DNA of 32,000 nucleotides, taken from NCBI RefSeq assembly GCF_000829235.1, contig NZ_AP012549.1:2010001-2042000 (forward strand), written 5' to 3'. The notes under the pieces are model-generated. The model was not told the origin of the DNA, searched no databases, and worked only from the letters and a program-made list of their open reading frames with translations. The stretch comes from a cyanobacterium endosymbiont of Epithemia turgida isolate EtSB Lake Yunoko. Its GTDB lineage: Bacteria; Cyanobacteriota; Cyanobacteriia; Cyanobacteriales; Microcystaceae. The position numbers were made by a program, and so were the translations under genes. Below are positions 27,285 to 32,000 of the stretch, piece after piece; positions within the stretch are counted from its first letter, which is position 1, and every line of letters starts with the position of its first letter.

Positions 27285-28096
27285 TTTAATAATAATTTCT
27301 TAATCGCAATAGCAACTCCATTTTGTTCTACAGTGGGAGCTACCCATTTAGCCATCTTCTGGACTTCTATAGGTGCATTCCCCATAGCCACCCCTAACCC
27401 TACATACTCTAACATTTCAGCATCATTGAAATTATCCCCAATAGCCATTATTTGGCTGGCTTCCAATCCCAATAGTTCCTCCGCTACAAAACGAGTGGCA
27501 TTACCCTTAGTTGCTTGAGGATGGGTAGCTTCAAAATAAATTTCAGTAGACTGGGTTAAATAAAGTTGATTACGAGGGTAAACTTTTTGTAAATCTGTCA
27601 AAAGTGTATTTACTAAGTGAGGTTGACCAATAACTAAAATCTTCGTGGTTGGTAAATCAAGAATATCTCGTAAATCTTCTACTACCAAAGCTTCTATCCC
27701 TGATCGTTGTTGATAAGCTCGAGTACGAGAAGTAACATTACGCACGTACAAACGGTCATCAATATAGCAGTGAAGCTCAATTTCTTGATTCCATTGAGGT
27801 CGCTCAAAATATTCCAACAGTTGTAGAGCGACGGACGTAGATACAGGAAAATGTCTATAACGAGTTCCTGTTATAGGACACTGAACCCATGCCCCATTGT
27901 AGGCGATAATAGGTAATTGGGAACCGATAGCCTGATGAAAACGCAACGCAGAATGATACATCCGACCTGTAGCTAAAGCAACTTGAACCCCGTTAGCTTG
28001 AACTTTAGAGATCGCTTCCTTAACTGGTTCAGTAACCTCATTTGATTCACCTGCAATTGTTCCATCAATATCTAGCATCAATAAGCGAATGTTCAC
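27281..28096 (-). CDS. Cof-type HAD-IIB family hydrolase (sugar-phosphatase-like)
   Basis: 271-aa ORF with HAD motif I 'LMLDIDGT', motif II 'ALATGR' and motif IV '[10 protein letters not shown]'. It converges on panB and overlaps it by 4 nt. Confidence 0.85.
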   Translation of the reverse strand: MNIRLLMLDIDGTIAGESNEVTEPVKEAISKVQANGVQVALATGRMYHSALRFHQAIGSQLPIIAYNGAWVQCPITGTRYRHFPVSTSVALQLLEYFERPQWNQEIELHCYIDDRLYVRNVTSRTRAYQQRSGIEALVVEDLRDILDLPTTKILVIGQPHLVNTLLTDLQKVYPRNQLYLTQSTEIYFEATHPQATKGNATRFVAEELLGLEASQIMAIGDNFNDAEMLEYVGLGVAMGNAPIEVQKMAKWVAPTVEQNGVAIAIKKLLLN

Positions 28097-28247
28097 AGAT
28101 TATCCCCAGTTAATTCTTGTTTTCTGAAAGAAGATTTTGCTTGGAGAATCGACATGACCATTGAGGGGCAATCTATGCATTGTTCTATAGAATAATAACA
28201 ATTGAACTCAATCAAGATCAATATTCTATTAACCTTGACTGTAGCTG

Positions 28248-28358
28248 TCAGTCCATTTTGAAGGCAAACCAAACCGCCCACAAGACAATAGACAGAAATA
28301 CCAATGTCCCGACAGTAATAGCGAAAGTGTGAAAAGCATCAGAGTCAATAAGGGTCAT
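28248..28358 (-). CDS. Candidate 36-aa single-pass membrane peptide (unassigned)
   Basis: Hand translation of the minus strand gives 'MTLIDSDAFHTFAITVGTLVFLSIVLWAVWFAFKMD*'. It has one clean hydrophobic helix and a local GC content like the intact genes. It is below the ORF-track length cut-off, has no clear SD and no family recognised. Confidence 0.3.
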   Translation of the reverse strand: MTLIDSDAFHTFAITVGTLVFLSIVLWAVWFAFKMD

Positions 28359-30054
28359 CTTGAAAAGCTTAGGGGTGTTTTGGTTTAGACAATCCAAAAG
28401 GGCATCTCAAGCTATTGTGTAGATACCTTGTATTCCTTTATTATATCCGTTGTTTCAACTATATTTCCCAAGTTACTTATTTTCTCTAGTTTTGATCGAT
28501 TGTTCGAGTTATTCTTAACCCAACTTGTAGGGTTAGTACAATAAAATGCTTCATGGAGAAGGTTTTAAAAGAGATAGTCTGATTACACCTAAATGGCTGT
28601 ATTTTATACACTCCATGTAATAAAATACAAATGAGTGAGTTGTTTGGGCTTTCCAAAATATCTGAGTCTTTCCTAATTCGGACATAGTCTGTAATTGAAT
28701 ATTTCCGAATGCCTCAAACTGCCTAGTCTTCAACCTTTTTACGAGCATAACCATCTTGCCAGTCACTGCTAATGATTTTCACCACAAATGTAGTCCAAAC
28801 TGTCTAAAGTTAAAATAGACTGGTTATTATAGTCAAACCGAAGTGCTTCTTGACTAAGTGCATCTTGATCAACAACGGCAACATCAGTCTGACATGAGTC
28901 ACAATTAAATTTGCAGAACTCAAATCAGTTTCATAAGTGTAGTAAGACTACTTTAGCATGTTTAACAAACTCTTCAGCTACAACGTCACTACCTGTCTTT
29001 ATTTCTTTCCAGAAACATATTTTAAAAGTTTAATTAACTTCATTTTTAAAGAAAAATATATTGTGATAGCTAAATTTTTTAGATAGGCTGGTATCTAATT
29101 ATCTCTTTTTTAAAACTATTTTTATATCTTACATTGACTTTAAGTTTACCTACTTAAATTCTCTTGCTTCAGTTTTGTAGATCACAATAATTTATTGCAA
29201 GTTTCTTTATATTATTCCCATTCAACTTATAATATTTTATTGATAGTTCTAATTGAATATCAATTTTTTTGAATATATAAATACTAGCTTACTAGAATTA
29301 TGGTAATTTACACTAATAGTTTAAATATTTAAACTATTGCAGTTTTTTATCAATTTAATCCTGGTTGTAAAAGAAAAATTACGTAACAATATAGTAAAAA
29401 AGTGAATAAAAATGGCATACGAAATAATTCTTTGTTTTGCGAGAAATATTTTAGACTCTCTAAGTAATATATGCTTTTCATATTATTGTTGTAGACCAAA
29501 CAAATCTTTGTGTAATGTTCTAATTTTTTCAAATTCTAATGTAGGGGTTTTAAAATATCCCGTTATGCTCCTCATGATATCAGTATTTATAAGCGTTGAT
29601 AATGCACTTGTATCACCATAATAAATTTAAATTCAATAGCACGCAGCAATTTCACTCTATATTTCCCATTTCTGTCTGTTATAGATAGTAAATATTCAGT
29701 TAACCTAAAATCTTGAACGTACGTGGTTTCTCGTCCAGTAAATTTCATAACTGTTATTTTTGCTGCCGGTAGAATGACCAAATTCCCCTTATTGTCAATA
29801 TTGCAGATCTACATATTTTTATTTAGTTGACTTTAAATTTTGAGTAAGTATTAAATGACAATCTCCTCATCCTATTCAGTCTATGTCCACTATCAGTAGA
29901 AGTTGTTATAAAATTCCCGAAGCTATTTTACAGACAGCGATATACTAGGCAATGGTGTTATAGAAAATCTTGACAAGATAGCCAGCAGACAAAGATCATC
30001 AGATACGTCAAGTATCAATCAACAGACTTAAACCTATAACTTGTATCAATCAAG

Positions 30055-31173
30055 ATGAACACAGGAATCGACCTACAAGGCAGTTTTATTCAATCTCTCA
30101 AACAAATGGGAATTTCTGATGGGCTAGCAAAAGCCTTCTGGATTCCCTTGCCCTCATTTTTAATGATTATTGGAGCTACCGTCGGCGTATTAGTGGTGGT
30201 ATGGTTAGAACGAAAAATTTCTGCCGCTGCTCAACAACGTATTGGACCTGAATATGCAGGTCCTTTAGGGGTTCTTCAACCTGTGGCTGATGGCATTAAA
30301 TTGGTATTTAAAGAAGACGTCATCCCCGCTAAAGCAGACCCCTTGTTATTTACCCTAGGTCCAGTGTTAGTGGTACTTCCAGTGTTTGTTTCTTACCTAA
30401 TTGTTCCCTTTGGGCAAAATTTGGTGATTACAGACCTAAATGTGGGTATTTTATTCTGGATTGCCTTATCCAGTATTGCCCCCATTGGCTTACTAATGTC
30501 AGGATATGCTTCTAATAACAAATATTCCCTTCTTGGAGGGTTAAGGGCAGCAGCACAGTCCATTAGTTATGAAATTCCCTTGGCTTTATCCGTTTTAGCA
30601 ATTGTCATGATGTCTAATAGTCTCAGCACTATTGACATTGTGCATCAACAGTCAGGATATGGCATTTTAGGCTGGAATATTTGGCGGCAACCTGTAGGAT
30701 GTATTGTCTTTTGGATTGCGGCGTTGGCTGAATGTGAACGACTTCCTTTTGACCTTCCTGAAGCAGAAGAAGAAATCGTAGCAGGGTATCAGACTGAATA
30801 TTCAGGGATGAAGTTTGGTTTATTCTATTTAGGCTCATACGTCAACTTAGTTTTGTCGGCCTTGGTTTTTGCTATTCTTTACTTAGGGGGGTGGGAATTT
30901 CCAGTCCCTCTTGAAAAACTGGCAGGTTGGATTGGGGTAAACGAGACAAATTCCTGGTTACAGGTAATTACCGCTTCCTTGGGAATCATGATGACCGTAC
31001 TTAAAGCCTATCTCTTGATTTTCCTCGCTGTTTTAATCCGGTGGACAGTTCCCAGGGTTCGTATTGACCAATTATTGGATTTAGGTTGGAAATTCTTACT
31101 TCCTGTTTCTTTGGTTAACCTTTTATTGACGGCAGCCCTAAAACTTACCTTTCCTGTCGCTTTTGGCGGCTAA
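30055..31173 (+). CDS. ndhA: NAD(P)H-quinone oxidoreductase subunit 1 (NDH-1 subunit A, NuoH homologue)
   Basis: 372-aa polytopic ORF with '[30 protein letters not shown]', '[27 protein letters not shown]' and '[15 protein letters not shown]', the canonical NdhA/NuoH signatures. Confidence 0.95.
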   Translation: MNTGIDLQGSFIQSLKQMGISDGLAKAFWIPLPSFLMIIGATVGVLVVVWLERKISAAAQQRIGPEYAGPLGVLQPVADGIKLVFKEDVIPAKADPLLFTLGPVLVVLPVFVSYLIVPFGQNLVITDLNVGILFWIALSSIAPIGLLMSGYASNNKYSLLGGLRAAAQSISYEIPLALSVLAIVMMSNSLSTIDIVHQQSGYGILGWNIWRQPVGCIVFWIAALAECERLPFDLPEAEEEIVAGYQTEYSGMKFGLFYLGSYVNLVLSALVFAILYLGGWEFPVPLEKLAGWIGVNETNSWLQVITASLGIMMTVLKAYLLIFLAVLIRWTVPRVRIDQLLDLGWKFLLPVSLVNLLLTAALKLTFPVAFGG

Positions 31174-31209
31174 TCTCTTTTTTTGTTTATAACTCACCAA
31201 TCAAGTGTC

Positions 31210-31791
31210 ATGTTTAACCTACTCAAACAAGTCAGCGATTACGCTAAAGGGAGTGTTGAGGCAGCTAGATATATTGGTCAAGGGCTATCTGTTACCTTTG
31301 ACCATATGCGTCGCCGTCCAATTACGGTACAATACCCCTATGAAAAACTTATTCCCTCAGAACGATTCCGGGGAAGAATTCACTTTGAATTTGATAAGTG
31401 TATTTCCTGTGAAGTCTGTGTTCGGGTATGTCCAATTAACCTTCCGGTAGTAGATTGGGAATTTAACAAAACTGTTAAGAAGAAAGAACTCAAACACTAC
31501 AGTATAGATTTTGGAGTTTGCATTTTTTGCGGTAATTGTGTTGAGTATTGTCCCACCAATTGTTTATCCATGACGGAAGAATATGAACTAGCGGCCTACG
31601 ACCGTCACGAACTCAATTATGATAATGTTGCTCTCGGACGGTTGCCTTATAAAGTAACCCAAGATCCAATAGTAACTCCCTTACGAGAGTTAGGATACTT
31701 ACCTAAAGGGGTGTTTGAACCTCATGATTTACCCTTAGGAAGTCAACGGGCAGGAAAGCGTCCTGAAGAAATTGTAAAAGAGAGCGAGTAA
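31210..31791 (+). CDS. ndhI: NAD(P)H-quinone oxidoreductase subunit I (NDH-1, 2x[4Fe-4S])
   Basis: '[14 protein letters not shown]...[24 protein letters not shown]' and two ferredoxin boxes, '[12 protein letters not shown]' and '[12 protein letters not shown]'. The start is set at ATG 31210. The 9-codon upstream extension from 31183 in the ORF track does not match the conserved N-terminus. Confidence 0.95.
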   Translation: MFNLLKQVSDYAKGSVEAARYIGQGLSVTFDHMRRRPITVQYPYEKLIPSERFRGRIHFEFDKCISCEVCVRVCPINLPVVDWEFNKTVKKKELKHYSIDFGVCIFCGNCVEYCPTNCLSMTEEYELAAYDRHELNYDNVALGRLPYKVTQDPIVTPLRELGYLPKGVFEPHDLPLGSQRAGKRPEEIVKESE

Positions 31792-31793
31792 AA

Positions 31794-31840
31794 TATTTGA
31801 TAGTTAATAGTGTTCTTTTTGTACTATTAACTATCAAATA
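31794..31840 (+). promoter_or_regulatory. Intercistronic hairpin (18-bp perfect stem, 11-nt loop) between ndhI and ndhG
   Basis: tatttgatagttaatagt (31794-31811), gttctttttgt, actattaactatcaaata (31823-31840). It begins 3 nt after the ndhI stop and ends 14 nt before the AAGGAG SD of ndhG (31855-31860). Confidence 0.55.
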
Positions 31841-31871
31841 AACTAAACTAAGTTAAGGAGAATTAACAGTA

Positions 31872-32000
31872 GTGAATTTAGCGGAAGGCATCCAAATTGT
31901 TTCCTTTGCTATTTTAGCAACAATGGTTATTGGGACATCTATAGGGGTTGTTTTACTGTCAAATATTGTTTACTCTGCTTTTTTGTTGGGGGGAGTTTTT
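31872..32000 (+). CDS. ndhG: NAD(P)H-quinone oxidoreductase subunit 6 (NDH-1 subunit G, NuoJ homologue), 5' partial; runs off the window
   Basis: A GTG start 11 nt after AAGGAG translates to 'VNLAEGIQIVSFAILATMVIGTSIGVVLLSNIVYSAFLLGGVF'. This matches the conserved NdhG N-terminus and the ndhA-I-G gene order. Confidence 0.85.
   Translation, partial: MNLAEGIQIVSFAILATMVIGTSIGVVLLSNIVYSAFLLGGVF

Noticed and set aside
27333-27518. 61-aa plus-strand ORF inside the Cof hydrolase gene
   Set aside because: It is an antisense shadow ORF.
28093-28281. 62-aa minus-strand ORF abutting the Cof hydrolase start
   Set aside because: It has no motif. It overlaps, in another frame, the more plausible 36-codon membrane peptide.
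29350-29781. Three overlapping 60-69-aa ORFs on both strands
   Set aside because: They are mutually overlapping, AT-rich and low-complexity, which is the expected chance product in a stop-poor stretch. None has a recognisable motif.
29941-29975. Candidate promoter elements upstream of ndhA (TATACT at 29941-29946, TTGACA at 29970-29975)
   Set aside because: Neither hexamer has a properly spaced partner: there is no -35 about 17 bp upstream of TATACT and no good -10 downstream of TTGACA. In AT-rich DNA such hexamers are expected by chance.
30629-30838. 69-aa minus-strand ORF inside ndhA
   Set aside because: It is antisense to ndhA.
31205-31450. 81-aa alternative-frame ORF inside ndhI, and the 31183 start extension of ndhI
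   Set aside because: The ferredoxin motifs and the conserved N-terminus 'MFNLLKQV' fix the frame and the start at 31210. The other frame and the 9-codon extension lack support.
1-32000. Search for transposases, integrases, IS termini, phage genes or defence-system genes
   Set aside because: None of the intact ORFs or readable remnants resembles them. The decay here appears to be mutational rather than IS-driven, at least in this window.

Overview
This is an AT-rich cyanobacterial chromosome segment in advanced reductive decay. The cyanobacterial origin is supported by the ndhA-ndhI-ndhG operon, HIP1 octamers (GCGATCGC) and cyanobacteria-type DUF genes. Only about 15.1 kb of the 32 kb (about 47%, summed from ORF coordinates) lies in 17 apparently intact genes. 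These are a cysteine synthase-family enzyme, nnr, a CCB2/CCB4-like protein, a GGCT-like protein, a Tat-signal FAD oxidoreductase with an embedded Rieske domain, a DUF4330-like protein, hisB, guaA, a metallophosphoesterase, trmB, a polar amino-acid binding protein, a DUF1400-like protein, panB, a Cof-type HAD hydrolase, ndhA, ndhI and the 5' end of ndhG. Ten spacers of 0.7-2.3 kb separate these genes, and most of them are extremely AT-rich. Several spacers still carry recognisable gene remnants. The clearest is chlM (Mg-protoporphyrin IX methyltransferase), which has one frameshift and two nonsense codons. Others are a Ycf37-like TPR protein (photosystem I assembly factor family), a SAM methyltransferase stub, a multi-pass membrane protein with two in-frame stops, a cyclic-nucleotide-binding domain fragment and a possible TamB-like N-terminus. 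Six long perfect inverted repeats (18-25 bp arms) are present. One sits as a terminator just after hisB, one lies between ndhI and ndhG, and four are orphaned in the decayed spacers. Chlorophyll and PSI-assembly genes are dead while NDH-1 and housekeeping metabolism are retained. By inference only, this fits a non-photosynthetic, genome-reducing cyanobacterium such as an obligate endosymbiont. I found no CRISPR array, rRNA or tRNA gene, transposase, or operon-like candidate for a new multi-gene system. The most unusual intact gene is the Rieske-in-FAD-oxidoreductase fusion at 8724-10661.
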